Shown in pieces: positions 40,150-51,914 of a DNA stretch of 64,000 nt. Where the stretch lies: the NCBI GenBank assembly GCA_951406725.2, contig OX597819.1, positions 61,194,001 to 61,258,000 of the forward strand, given 5' to 3'. Under the pieces are notes generated by a model, which made no database searches, was not told where the DNA came from, and saw only the letters and a program-made list of their open reading frames with translations. How positions within the stretch are numbered: position 1 is the stretch's first letter; every line of letters starts with the position of its first letter. The DNA comes from Octopus vulgaris. Its lineage: Eukaryota. Made by a program: the position numbers and the translations under genes.

Positions 40150-41280
40150 GGTGGATCCCATTTCACGTCAGGCAACATGCTGAGATTGAACTTGATACTT
40201 GATTGATTACAAGATATGATTGAAGAGGAAACTGGTCAAAAAATATGGTTCTCCCCAATGGTTGCAGTACCAAGAATAAATAGTACATCCTGAGATTTTA
40301 TGTTAATCTATGACAAGCTAATAATACAGCTGTTCCTCATTCTAACAACTAAAGAAATTAAAGAACAATTGAATCGAGCGGTATTTTGAGGTGGCTACAT
40401 ATGAGCTACTATCAAAGAAAACCGCCTTTTCATTCACGTAACATAACATTCGCACCCTCTAAAGTTTCTTATCGTCAACAAAGATTATTTTACTGTATAA
40501 AGTTGATATTTAAACTATCCCAGTAAATAGCTGCCCCTTTTTCTTTTGAAATCAAACGTACTTTTTAAATTACTTTGGTTATATCAGGATAAATCAGAGA
40601 AGTCTTACTTAACCCAGAGAGAACAGCTATCAGTTCTTAAGTGAAACAGCTTTAGTATTCAGAAGGAAAGCGATTTGGTGTTTTACTCTCAGTAGAGCTA
40701 GTCTAACTAAAGTCATACAGTTGATATATTCAACAAAACCAAATTACGTAGCTTTTGGAGATTAAGAAACTATTTGGTGCTTTTCAAATCTAGCAGCAAA
40801 ATAGAGAAATTCCATAAACTAACAAAATTGGACGGTTAATAGATATTCCAGTGAATCACTTAAAATTACATTAAATCAGCTGACCGATCTAATTTCTCCA
40901 CAAACAATTATGAAATCTCCGCTTTTGTATTTGGTTTGCAAGATTCTTGATGGGAATTCCTGAGTTGAAACAAATTTTTTTGTATCTTGGGAAGGACATT
41001 GCACCAGTGATTATAAATACAGGCACTGTTTTTCCCTTGTTTCTTCTCCGTGCGTGTTATTACAATTGGCATAATGACCCTCCCAAGACACCACAAAATT
41101 ATCATACCCTTCGTCAAGAAAGACAAAAGCATCATGTAAATAGTTGATGCCAGCATTTTGGTCTTGATGTAACTTCATTCCAAACTAATAAAGAAAACAT
41201 ATTCAATGTTTTTCAGGTTCTAGACTTTTATCAAAAATTGGATAGAAGGTCAGCCAAACAAAACAGAGAACTTTGGGAGA
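40150..41280 (+). pseudogene. Decayed Ty3/Gypsy pol (RT to RNase H)
   Basis: DMIEEETGQKIWFSPMVAVPR, LRFYVNL*QAN, TTKEIKEQLN, VDAS and SQT..E remnants in pol order. Confidence 0.7.
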
Positions 41281-41287
41281 GTAAGTA

Positions 41288-41504
41288 CGAGGGGATGCTA
41301 AAAAGTTCCTGGCTTTAAGGGTATCACTAAAAGCCTGGTTGGAGGCCCAACCTTCCGAGTTCTTTTATAGAGTTTTCAAAAACTGAAGGACCACTGCAGT
41401 AAGTGTGTAAATCTGAGAGGGAAATATGTCGGATAAAATCATGATTAACTGATCCTCCTGTATTTTCTTTTACCCAAAGCCAGGAACTTTTAAGCATCCC
41501 CTCA
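41288..41504 (+). mobile_element. mariner-derived MITE
   Basis: ~30-bp TIR CGAGGGGATGCTAAAAAGTTCCTGGCTTT, TA TSD; internal KCVNLRG remnant of the transposase C-terminus. Confidence 0.9.
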
Positions 41505-41714
41505 TATTTCAAAAATTCTATATTTATCTCTGTTAGAAACACTTTTCAATGATCTCTGATTATAGCACACTTTTTCAAATCTAAAGCAAAAATTAAATGA
41601 AAACCCCTCGACATCTTCAATGAGGTTTGTGACTTGTGTCATAGAATTTTTCTATTGAAGTTGTTGGAAGTGATTTAAATGCAGCAGAGGAATTGTTAAG
41701 ATTCCTTAAAATAT

Positions 41715-41905
41715 TGATTTCAAATTGAGGCGCAAGGCCAGCAATTTCGGGAGGGTGGGGTGTCTTTTATATCGAGTGCAGTGCTCGTCTGATAATTATT
41801 TTATCGTCCCCGAAACTATAAAAGACAAATTTGAACTCAGAACGTACAAATGAACGAAATGCTGCCAAGCATTTTACTTGGCGTTCTAACATTGCTGCTA
41901 GCTCG
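41715..41905 (-). mobile_element. SINE family B, diverged
   Basis: Consensus match. Confidence 0.75.
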
Positions 41906-42012
41906 TGCGTATTTCATTAATCAATAAAATTAACAATAAGTAAAAAGAAAATGTAAAAAAAAAAAGAGCAAAAAAAGTATAACCCCCACCCTTACCAGAA
42001 CACAACAATCTA

Positions 42013-42309
42013 CATTATTTACATTATTTACATTTGACGGATATTTGTCCTCATCTTGTTTGTTGTTAACACAACGTTTCGACTGATATACCCTCCAGCC
42101 TTCTTAGGTGTTTTGGGGAAATTTCGAACCTGGGTTCTCATTCCTAAATTTTAGTGTCACTCATAGTTTACATATAGGAATGAGAACCCCGGTTCGAAAT
42201 TTCCCCAAGACATCTGATGAAAGCTGGCGGGTATATCAGCCGAAACGTTGTGTTAACAACAAACAAGAGGAGGACAAATATCCGTCGAATGTAAATAATG
42301 TAAATAATG
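42013..42309. mobile_element. Palindromic pLTR-like insert (two ~135-bp inverted arms, each with an HHR motif)
   Basis: Arms 42013-42146 and 42175-42309; (gtaaataat)n tails point outward. Confidence 0.85.
42209..42254 (+). ncRNA. Minimal type I hammerhead ribozyme motif
   Basis: GACAT CTGATGA A aGCTG-gcgggtatat-CAGCc GAAA CG TT GTGTT. Confidence 0.75.
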
Positions 42310-42857
42310 AACATAATTCCTCATCTTTTAAATATAGAACTGCACAACAATCTTGTTTAGAATAATAACAGTCTCATACAAATCATCGAGTGTCTCGGAA
42401 AACGTTGTTAGATATAATTTTGTCACAGATATGACTAATTTATAACAAAGTAAACAATACCTTTTTTTGTTTTTCATATAGGTTTCCGTACAAAAATGGT
42501 CACTCGTGCATCACGAAGCTCCCAAAAGTTGAGAACCACAAAAGCAATTAATTTAAAGATGGTGAATTGATGGAAAGGATTTGGTTACGAATTTTGACAA
42601 GCCGAGGTCGATTTTGCTTTTGATTCTTCTGGGGTCGATGAAATATAATACCAGTTAAATACTAGGGTTGATATTATCGACTATAATCCCTTTGCAGATA
42701 CGATACCTTGTGCATATATTAGCAATATATTCTTTGTGTGGACCCACTACACTATTTATAGAGATTCTCATGGTTAATAAACGGTTAAAACTGGGATATA
42801 AATTGATTCACATATGTAAACTATGAGCGACATTAAAATTAAATGCGTGTATATAAA

Positions 42858-43137
42858 TTGGGCTGTCAGATAAATTCATTCGTTTCTTAGTCGTTATAAG
42901 TTTGAAAAAAGGTAAATTTTATTCATAAAAATGACAAACTAAAAGTTTATCAATTGTATTTTATTTGTTTTTTAATGAAATTAAAGTTTTATCAATGATT
43001 CTAAAGTTGTAGAGGAAAATTTATAGCTTAAAAATCCATAAATCATTGCAATAAAAATATTTTTCGTGTTAATTCAAATAAAACTGAAGATAAAAATAAA
43101 CGGAAAAAAAGCGAACGAATTTATATGACAGCCCATT
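42858..43137. mobile_element. mariner-type MITE
   Basis: TIR TGGGCTGTCAGATAAATTCATTCG / CGAACGAATTTATATGACAGCCCA; AT-rich interior. Confidence 0.8.
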
Positions 43138-43500
43138 TACTTCGTTTCACGTATTTGCGTGTTATATAACTACGGTTATATAAACTGTGGGCGTTAGCAG
43201 GATGCTGGAGTTGTTATTCTTCCGATGTATACCAGGTGGGTTCCCGCTTTGCCTTTGGTGGCAGCGGAAAAAAAAAGGGAGAAGGAAAAATAAAATTGCA
43301 TCAACGCTAAAAAGGCTCGACCGTGTAGTGTTGGAATCAAAGCACAGACACCGTATAGACACGTACAGACAGAAGCAAGTTGACGCCTATGGCAAGTGAA
43401 GATTAAACTAAATAACGAAGATGAACAAAGAACACTGACCACACCTTTTTCTAAATCTGGATTCCTGTTTCCGGCCATTGTTTGTATTAGTACGCTAGAT

Positions 43501-43531
<31 letters not shown>

Positions 43532-43799
43532 GGGGAGGAGAATATTGAGTGAAAGAGAGAAAGAAGATGACAAAGTGTATGAGTGTGTATTAATGAAACG
43601 CAATGTTAATAAATTTTCAGATAAAGAACACCGATAAATAAAGTCACAAAGTTTGAGATGGTACAGACGTCAGTATTATTGTTTCTAATGCCTAATTTTA
43701 AAATACATAAATATATAGATTATTTTTTTATTTGCATACGTTTCTGATATACAGACAAATATTACTATGCACACTTATTAATATCTATTAATATGTACA

Positions 43800-43990
43800 T
43801 AGACACAAGCACGGCTGTGTACTTAAGAAGCTCGCTTTTTAACTACCTGGTTCCGGGTCCAGTAACATAGCACGGCGCCTTGGGTGTCTTTTACTATAGC
43901 CAACCCTAGGCCGACCAATGCCTTGTGAATTAATTCGGCAGACGGAAACCGCAGTCTTGTGACTGAAACACGTCAAGGATAAAAGAAAAG
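43800..43990 (+). mobile_element. SINE family A, internally deleted
   Basis: Head, core and tail joined. Confidence 0.65.
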
Positions 43991-44014
43991 ATATATGGAC
44001 TATTGCCGTAATTT

Positions 44015-44328
44015 TTTTTTTATTTGGGCCCTTTTCAAGTCTAGCCAGGCTCATGGGCCCGGTTTCCCGGTTTCTATGGCGTATGTGTTCCCCCCAGCTG
44101 GACGGGACGCCAGTCCATCACAACGTTACTCAAGAAACAGGAAGAAAGAGTGAGAGGAAGTTGGGCGAAGGAGTACAACAGAGGTCGTCACCCACCCCCT
44201 GCCGGAGTCTCGTAGAGCTTTAGGTGTTTTCGCTCAATAAAAACACACAACGCCCGGTCTGGGAATCGAAACCGCGATCCACCGACCGCGAGTCCGCTGC
44301 CCTAACCACTGGGCCATTGCGCCTCCAC
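44015..44328 (-). mobile_element. SINE family C, full length with A-rich tail
   Basis: TSD attgccgtaattt at 44002-44014 and 44329-44341. Confidence 0.92.
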
Positions 44329-44572
44329 ATTGCCGTAATTTACTACAGAAAAACGTATATATAGATTTTTAGCCATGACATTCCGTCTACATACACAATA
44401 TGTTCGTAAACAGAAAAAGAAGGAATAACTAAATATGCTGCACATTTTCAATCTATTTAGAGTTTCGTTTAACCGCAGTTATATAACAAACGCAAATATG
44501 TGAAATAAAGTAAATGGCTTGTCATATACACTCGTTCGTTTTTTTCCGTTTATTTTTATCTTCAATTGTGTA

Positions 44573-44644
44573 GGTCTCATGATGTAATGGTTAGCATTCT
44601 GGACTCTGAATCCATCGATACGAGTTCAAGTCTCGGTGAGACCT
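44573..44644 (+). tRNA. tRNA-Gln(CTG), possibly a pseudogene
   Basis: GGTCTCA TG ATGT AATGGTTA GCAT T CTGGA CTCTGAA TCCAT CGAT ACGAG TTCAAGT CTCGG TGAGACC T. Perfect acceptor stem; one mismatch each in the anticodon and T stems. Confidence 0.88.
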
Positions 44645-44657
44645 TATATACTTTACT

Positions 44658-45450
44658 AGGCGCAGGAGTGGCTGTGTGGTAAGTAGCTTGCATACTAACC
44701 ACATGTTTCCGGGTTCATTCCCACGGTGTGGGACCTTGGGCCGACCAAAGCCTTGTGAGTGGATTTGGTTGACAGAAACTGAAAGAAGCCCGTCGTATAT
44801 ATGTATATATGTGTATGTGTGTATATATATTTGTGTGTCTGTGTTTGTCCCCCACCAACATAGCTAAAGTAAACTGGACAAATTTGAATAATTTGAGGCT
44901 CTCTAGGAAGTTATCTTCGAATATTAGATTAGCGGTATTCTTTTATTCTTTTACTTGTCTAAACCATTTGACTGCGGCCATGTTGGAATACCGCCTTAAA
45001 GGGTTTTAGTCGAAGAAATCGAGGCCATGACTTATTCTTTCAAAGTCTAATACTTAATCTATCGGTGTTTTTTGCCGAACCTCTAAGGTACGGGGAGATA
45101 AACACACTAACATCGGCTGTCAAGCGATGGTGAGGGGACAAACACAGACACACAGACACACACATATAAACACACACACACACACATGCGACAGGCGCTT
45201 TCAGTTTCCGTCTACCAAACCCTCTCACAAGGCTTTGCTCAAGGTGTCACGCAGTGGGACTGAACCTAGAACCATGTGGTTAGCAAGCTTCTTACCACAC
45301 AGCCACGCCTGAGTGCTTCGTTTCGCTGTTATTAGAAAACATATCGATGCATTTGTAGCCAACACTGAATGAGAAGATTGATTCCCAGCCACATGGTTCC
45401 AGATTCGGTCCCACAGCGTGGCACCTTGGGCAAGTGTCTTCCACTATATA
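44658..45450. mobile_element. Cluster of SINE A copies (44658-44860 +, 44940-45310 -, 45380-45450 +)
   Basis: Consensus match. Confidence 0.85.
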
Positions 45451-46149
45451 TGTATGCATGTATACACACATGTACGCATGTGTACATGCACATCCATGCA
45501 CGTCCACATGGTCGCAGGAGTCACATGCGGAGCGTATTAGATGCTGAGTTCGAACGTTCGACATACTTTGATACACGCATGTATGCTTGCACGTGTATAT
45601 ACACGTACATTGGTATATGCATGCATGTATGTATATATGCACACATGTATATAAGTATGTGTGTGCGTGGGACATTAGTCTTTCCTCTGTCCAGCTATTC
45701 TACATTCACTATCACAGGCTGTCACAATGTCCGTCTTGATACTCATATTTTTTTCCCCTCTGCTTAGTCATTCCTATACAATAGTTGTTTCTAACAGACG
45801 TCGACATACCCCAAAATAGATTCTTCACAAACCGACAATAGTTCTCGTTCTCACAAACAAACACCGTCAAACTATTACAATCCGCATCACATAAGTTGAT
45901 GCTCTCCTAGCTCGTATGTCACTGTGTTCCTCGACGTGAATTTCTGAGCTCACTGCCACCTTCTACCACAGAGTCTCAGTGTATAACATTCAGCAACAGA
46001 TTACAATATACTCTTTTGTCATCTCTCTTATCTAACAAAAATAAACAGTACTTCTAGTAAAGAGCTATAAACGGCAAAAATGACCATTGAAGTAGATGAT
46101 TTCCTGACTAACTTGTTTAAATATAACCTAGTTCGCTTTTTACTTCAGT

Positions 46150-46189
46150 TTGTGCATGTGTGTGTGTGTGTATATACATATAAACATGC

Positions 46190-46238
<49 letters not shown>

Positions 46239-46561
46239 TATATATACACACATATATCTACATATATATACATATATATACAAGCATATATATATACATA
46301 TATATATGTGTGTGTGTGCATATCTACACATATACACATGTGCACATACATATATATATATGTATATATGTATGTGCATATATATATATACATATATATA
46401 TGTGTGTGTGTGCATATCTACACATATACACATGTGTGCATATTTACACACATATATATATATATGTATATATGTATGTGCATATATATATATATGTATA
46501 TATGTATGTGCATATATATATATATGTATATATGTATGTATATATATATATATATATATAT

Positions 46562-46617
<56 letters not shown>

Positions 46618-46645
46618 CAACATACATACATATACACACACAGAG
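46150..46645. repeat. Compound (TA)n/(TG)n/(CA)n microsatellite with internal duplication
   Basis: Direct reading. Confidence 0.95.
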
Positions 46646-47305
46646 TCACACGCATATGTATATAGATGTATTTACGCGCAGTAGCCCTGTGTACTATAAA
46701 AGCGATGTAAAACTGCAGTCGAATCATTGAAATAAGAGAAACAACTTGTTTTTCTTCACATTAACAAGTTTGATCGCTTCTTGCTACCGCAGAATGTTTG
46801 TTTGTATTATTCTATAATCATTACACACACATCCGCACACGTGTTCGTGGAAAAACGAAATTTTATATATATAGACAAACGTTTGTCTTCGTTGTTTGTG
46901 TAAGCTTCTCCATAAACGTTTATGAATGTGATTTGGAAGACATAATCTTTTACCGTTGTGAATGACATAAACACAAATATGTAAAAAATATATGCGTTTA
47001 TTACTCAACGGTTTTAAAGCTTCATGGAGATGACTTTACACCAAATGACGATGCGAGCGTTGGTTTTATTTCGTTTCGTACTGTTTGTGCATTTATGAGA
47101 AACAATACAGAAATGCCGTTCGCAGTAGTTACATGGTCGGGTTGTATATAATATTTTTGTATTTTAGAGTTACAACGAGCAGTTTGTAAAATATAGCATT
47201 ACGTTTATTATGTCATAAAATGAACAAATGTATTCGCAGAATAACACACACGACACTCATTTGTAGATTGTCATAACTAGATATAATTTCTTTATGTGTG
47301 TGTGC

Positions 47306-47383
<78 letters not shown>

Positions 47384-47386
47384 ATA

Positions 47387-47452
<66 letters not shown>

Positions 47453-47830
47453 TGTGTGTGTGTATTTGTATACTTACATACACAACAGATATAAGCTCTA
47501 AAGTTGTGTTCCAGTTAGAAGGCGAACGCATTTAACAATGTATAAACTACATCTGTTCTGGGATTTGTCTCAAACAGAGAGTAGTTACATCATACCCGAC
47601 ATACCAACGGAATAAGGGATAAAACGAGCGCGAACAGATGCCTATAAACTGCTCTTTTGATCCGAGAGGGACAACAGTCAAAACTATCCACGCCGGGATA
47701 TAAATTCGGAAAGTAAGAAAAGAAAAGCAAATACAATAAAATATTTCTTGTAGTGCACTTACGTTTCTGTTATTCTTCTCTTTAATTAATTGATTTTTTT
47801 TATATCTCAAGCAAATTCTACCCATTTTGA

Positions 47831-48097
47831 AGGCGGCGAGCTGGCAGAATCGTTAGCACGCCGGGCGAAATGCTTAGCAATATTCCGCCTATTACTCTTT
47901 ACTCTTTTATTCTCTTACTTGTTTCAGTCCTTTGACTGTGGCCATGCTGCAGCAACGTCTTTAGTCGAGCAAATCGATCCCAGGACTTATTCTTTGTAAG
48001 TACTTATTCTATCGGTCTCTTTTGCCGAAACGCTACGTTACGGGGACGTAAACACACCAGCATCGGTTGTCAAGCGATGTTGGGGGGAAAAACACAA

Positions 48098-48129
<32 letters not shown>

Positions 48130-48165
48130 GTACGACGGGCTTCTTTCAGTTTCCGTCTACCAAAT
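47831..48165. mobile_element. SINE B head (+) abutting SINE A 3' part (-)
   Basis: Consensus match. Confidence 0.85.
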
Positions 48166-48569
48166 ACATGAAGTCGCATGAAACTCATGAGTCGCATGAA
48201 ACGATCGTACTGCATAACCGCTGGATATCCTTGTTGCTTATTTTGGTTTTAATCACCTTTTTTGAAATTGTATGGATAATACCATACTAAATTCTGGTGC
48301 CTCAACTTAAATTCCATGTTCATTTGAACGTAAATTATATATATATTGTTATGTGTGTGTGAGTGTGTAAATGTATGTGTGTATTAACTTTTTCTTAAAA
48401 ATAGATTTTATCCGAAACGTTGAATTTTTCACTCTCCACTTTTTGTCGATTCTAATAAATAATGCAAGATTTTCAGACGAAGACCAACACCAATCTCTTC
48501 GGAGTCTGTTTAATTGTATACACACACACACACACATATACGTGTGTAGGGATATTTATACACTACTTA

Positions 48570-48689
<120 letters not shown>

Positions 48690-48756
48690 AATCATCTATC
48701 TACACACACACACGCACACACCACACACACAATTCGGACAGATTTGGATAATATCT

Positions 48757-49320
48757 TTTGTTGACAATGAAAAGGCTTTTGGTAATCTACATAAGATTAC
48801 AGCTTAGAAGGTACCACGTTATAATTTGGCCAAAAAGTATGTCAATCTCATAAGTGCAGTACTTCAAGTAAGCAAATGTCGAATAAGCTTAGATGGTCAG
48901 CTTACACACGAATTTGATTTGGGGAGTGGAGTGCTGCAGGGAGATGTTCTATCGCTTCTCTTATTTCTTCTAATAATCTACGCCATGAAGACGACAATGA
49001 GAAATGGAAGAGAAGGAATGGGAAGACGAATCTATGGAAAGTATTTGACGGATTTGGGTTATTCTGATGACAAGGTTTTGCTTAGTAATGAAAGATAGAA
49101 AATGCAAAGAATGATATTCAGGTCTTGATGAAACAGGCTAAGTGTGTGGTCTTAAAGATTAACATCGATAAAACGAAAATTATGGAAATGGAACAAAAGG
49201 ATGGTTGAAATGTGTCATTGAATGGTTACACACTTCAAATGTCAAATCAGTTTGGATATCGTGGAATTTTTATAGACAGTGACGGGATTTTGGTAACCGA
49301 ATTAAATGAAAGACGTTAGT
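48757..49320 (+). pseudogene. Decayed RTE-like LINE reverse transcriptase fragment
   Basis: [44 protein letters not shown]. Confidence 0.85.
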
Positions 49321-49353
49321 TGCTGAATTATATGAAATATCTAGGAAGAGAGA

Positions 49354-49427
<74 letters not shown>

Positions 49428-49428
49428 A

Positions 49429-49462
<34 letters not shown>

Positions 49463-49465
<3 letters not shown>

Positions 49466-49808
49466 CTCTTTTACTTGTTTCAGTCATTTGACTGTGGCCA
49501 TGCTGGATCACCGCCTTTAGTCGAGTAAATCGACCCCCAAGACTTATTCTTTGTAAGCCTAGTACTTATTCTATCGGTCTCTTTGCCGAACCGCTAAGTT
49601 ACGGGGACGTAAACACACCAGCATCGGTTGTCAAGCGATGTTGGGGCGGAGGGACAAAGACAGACACACAAACATACACACACATATATATATACATATA
49701 TACGGCGGGCTTCTTTCAGTTTCCGTCTAAAAAATCTTCTCACAAGGCTTTAGTCGGCCCGAGGCTATAGTAGAAGACACTTGCACAAAGTACCACGCAG
49801 CCACTCCT

Positions 49809-49812
<4 letters not shown>
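49463..49812 (-). mobile_element. SINE family A
   Basis: Consensus match. Confidence 0.9.
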
Positions 49813-49850
<38 letters not shown>

Positions 49851-50034
49851 TTAGGTGGTTATTCGCAATGCAGAACCGAAAGGTAGACGTTTAGTCGTCA
49901 CTAGAGTGGCTGAGGGTGCTAGTCAGCTCCAGCATCGCTAGAAATAAAGGTCAAAACAACGCTAAGCTACGTGAGAGCAGTTTTCTAACAACTGAGAAGG
50001 GAAGGGAAGCAAGTTCCCTACGGCAAGCGAGATG

Positions 50035-50084
50035 GAGTCATATCATCGATGATTTCAGATTTAGTTAATCTTCATCAGTGACCC
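50035..50084 (-). ncRNA. Canonical type I hammerhead ribozyme
   Basis: Minus strand: GGGTCA CTGATGA AGATT-aacta-AATCT GAAA TCATCGATGA TA TGACTC. Confidence 0.9.
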
Positions 50085-50307
50085 ATTATTCCGTCGCCGA
50101 GGGTTAAAAACTTAACCCTTGTCAGTCTTATAGAGAATACCACGGGAAAGATTGACTGATTCCGAATATATATATGTGTATGTGTGTGTGTGTGTGTGTA
50201 ATTAATCCCCCCACCCCCCCAAAAACGAAGAAAAAAACCAAGTAAAAACAACACGAGAAAGTGGTACATGCAAAGTATTAAAAGTCGCTCAGGGAAGGAA
50301 AGAAAGG

Positions 50308-50346
50308 TTGTTTTACGTTTCGAGCAAATCTCTTCTTCAGAAACAA
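50308..50346 (-). ncRNA. Minimal type I hammerhead ribozyme
   Basis: Minus strand: TTGTTT CTGAAGA A GAG-atttg-CTC GAAA CG TA AAACAA, in a diverged relative of the 21210 repeat (~50200-50415). Confidence 0.8.
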
Positions 50347-50414
50347 GAGACAGAGGAAAGTCCAAGAAAAAAGGAAGATGGAGTTAAGAAATCGCCAACA
50401 ATCCACGTGTAGAT

Positions 50415-50459
<45 letters not shown>

Positions 50460-50625
50460 ATATATATATATATGTATATATATATGTATGTATGTATATA
50501 TGTATATATATATATGTATGTATATATGTATATATATATATGTATATATATATGTATGTATATATATATGTATATATATATGTATGTATGTATCTATGTA
50601 TATATATATATATATGTCATGTATC

Positions 50626-50663
<38 letters not shown>

Positions 50664-50707
50664 CATGTATATATGTATGTATGTATCTATGTATATATAT
50701 ATATATA

Positions 50708-51584
50708 TATCAGTAACAATAAAGGGTGAAATTAATTAATTTGGAATAATTATCAATTACACCAAGTAGATTTCGGCATGTAAAAGCCTCATTCGTGGAA
50801 AATTTAAGTAATACTAAGCAATTAAGGGTTTAGCAACGAATTGCCTCACCAACACACCGAATTTAGAAATAGCAGTCAAAGAGATATAGCTATTCCTTCT
50901 ACTAAAAGGGAGATCTCAAGGAATAGCTATATCTCTTTGACTGCTATTTCTAAATTCGGTGTGTTGGTGAGGCAATTCGTTGCTAAACCCTTAATTGCTT
51001 AGTATTACTTAATTTTCCACGAATGAGGCTTTTACATGCCGAAATCTACTTGGTGTAATTGATAATTATTCCAAATTAATTAATTTCACCCTTTATTGTT
51101 ACTGATAACCATATTTTATCCCAGTAAATGACCACAGCATCTTGTCTTGGCTACACGCGGGTGGAAGGGGGCTGGTGACACAAACTTTCATTCACACTTT
51201 GAATTTCGTGGTACTGGTCATGCTTTGGCTCGCTCTGACACTGAGTTGAGATGATGCCTTCTAGTATCTCAAAATTTAATATACAATTATTCAAAATTGT
51301 AGTATCCTACGCCGATGAGAAAAGAAGTTTGGGTAAGGTAGAATTTTCTAATTCTTATGCTTTCCTAAAACTTGATTTCGAAACGTACGTCCGTAGGTAA
51401 CTTAAAATTGTATGATAGATTGCCGTCATTTCATTCTTTCTTACCTGTCTGTGTTTGCCTTTCAAGTGCTGTGTTTTTACTGAGATCTCCCTTTTAGTAG
51501 AAGGAATAGCTATATCTCTTTGACTGCTATTTCTAAATTCGGTGTGTTGGTGAGGCAATTCGTTGCTAAACCCTTAATTGCTTA

Positions 51585-51587
<3 letters not shown>
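50708..51587 (+). mobile_element. Retrozyme/pLTR-like element: inverted arm + ~1.15 tandem copies of a 583-nt unit
   Basis: 50708-50898 is the reverse complement of 50918-51107 (one 1-nt indel seen); 50918-51005 recurs from 51501; (TA)n on both sides. Confidence 0.88.
51306..51397 (+). ncRNA. Type I hammerhead ribozyme, U4C variant with 61-nt stem II
   Basis: CCTACG CCGATGA GAAA...TTTC GAAA CGTACG TC CGTAGG. Confidence 0.85.
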
Positions 51588-51619
<32 letters not shown>

Positions 51620-51620
<1 letters not shown>

Positions 51621-51835
51621 TGTTTCCGTGTGTCCCCTTGTATTTGTGTTGATTGTCCCCATCACTGCATGACAACCGGTACTGATTTGTTAGCGTCCCT
51701 GCAATTTAGTGATTTGGCCAAAGAATCGATAAGTACCAGACTTTACTGGCGGCAATTTGTTCCACTAAGCCTCTCAAAGTAGTGCTCCAGTATGGCCGCA
51801 GTGCAATGACTGAAACAAGTAAAAGATAAAAGAAA
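51620..51835 (+). mobile_element. SINE family A, 3' half (diverged)
   Basis: Consensus match. Confidence 0.75.
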
Positions 51836-51914
51836 GCACGTGTTGAAAGCACATAGGTCCATAGTAAACTTATGCTGTATACGTCATTCGTAAGAGTTAT
51901 TTTGATGTATGGTT

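Noticed and set aside
43187-43399. 70-aa ORF in unique sequence
   Set aside because: No recognisable domain or splice support.
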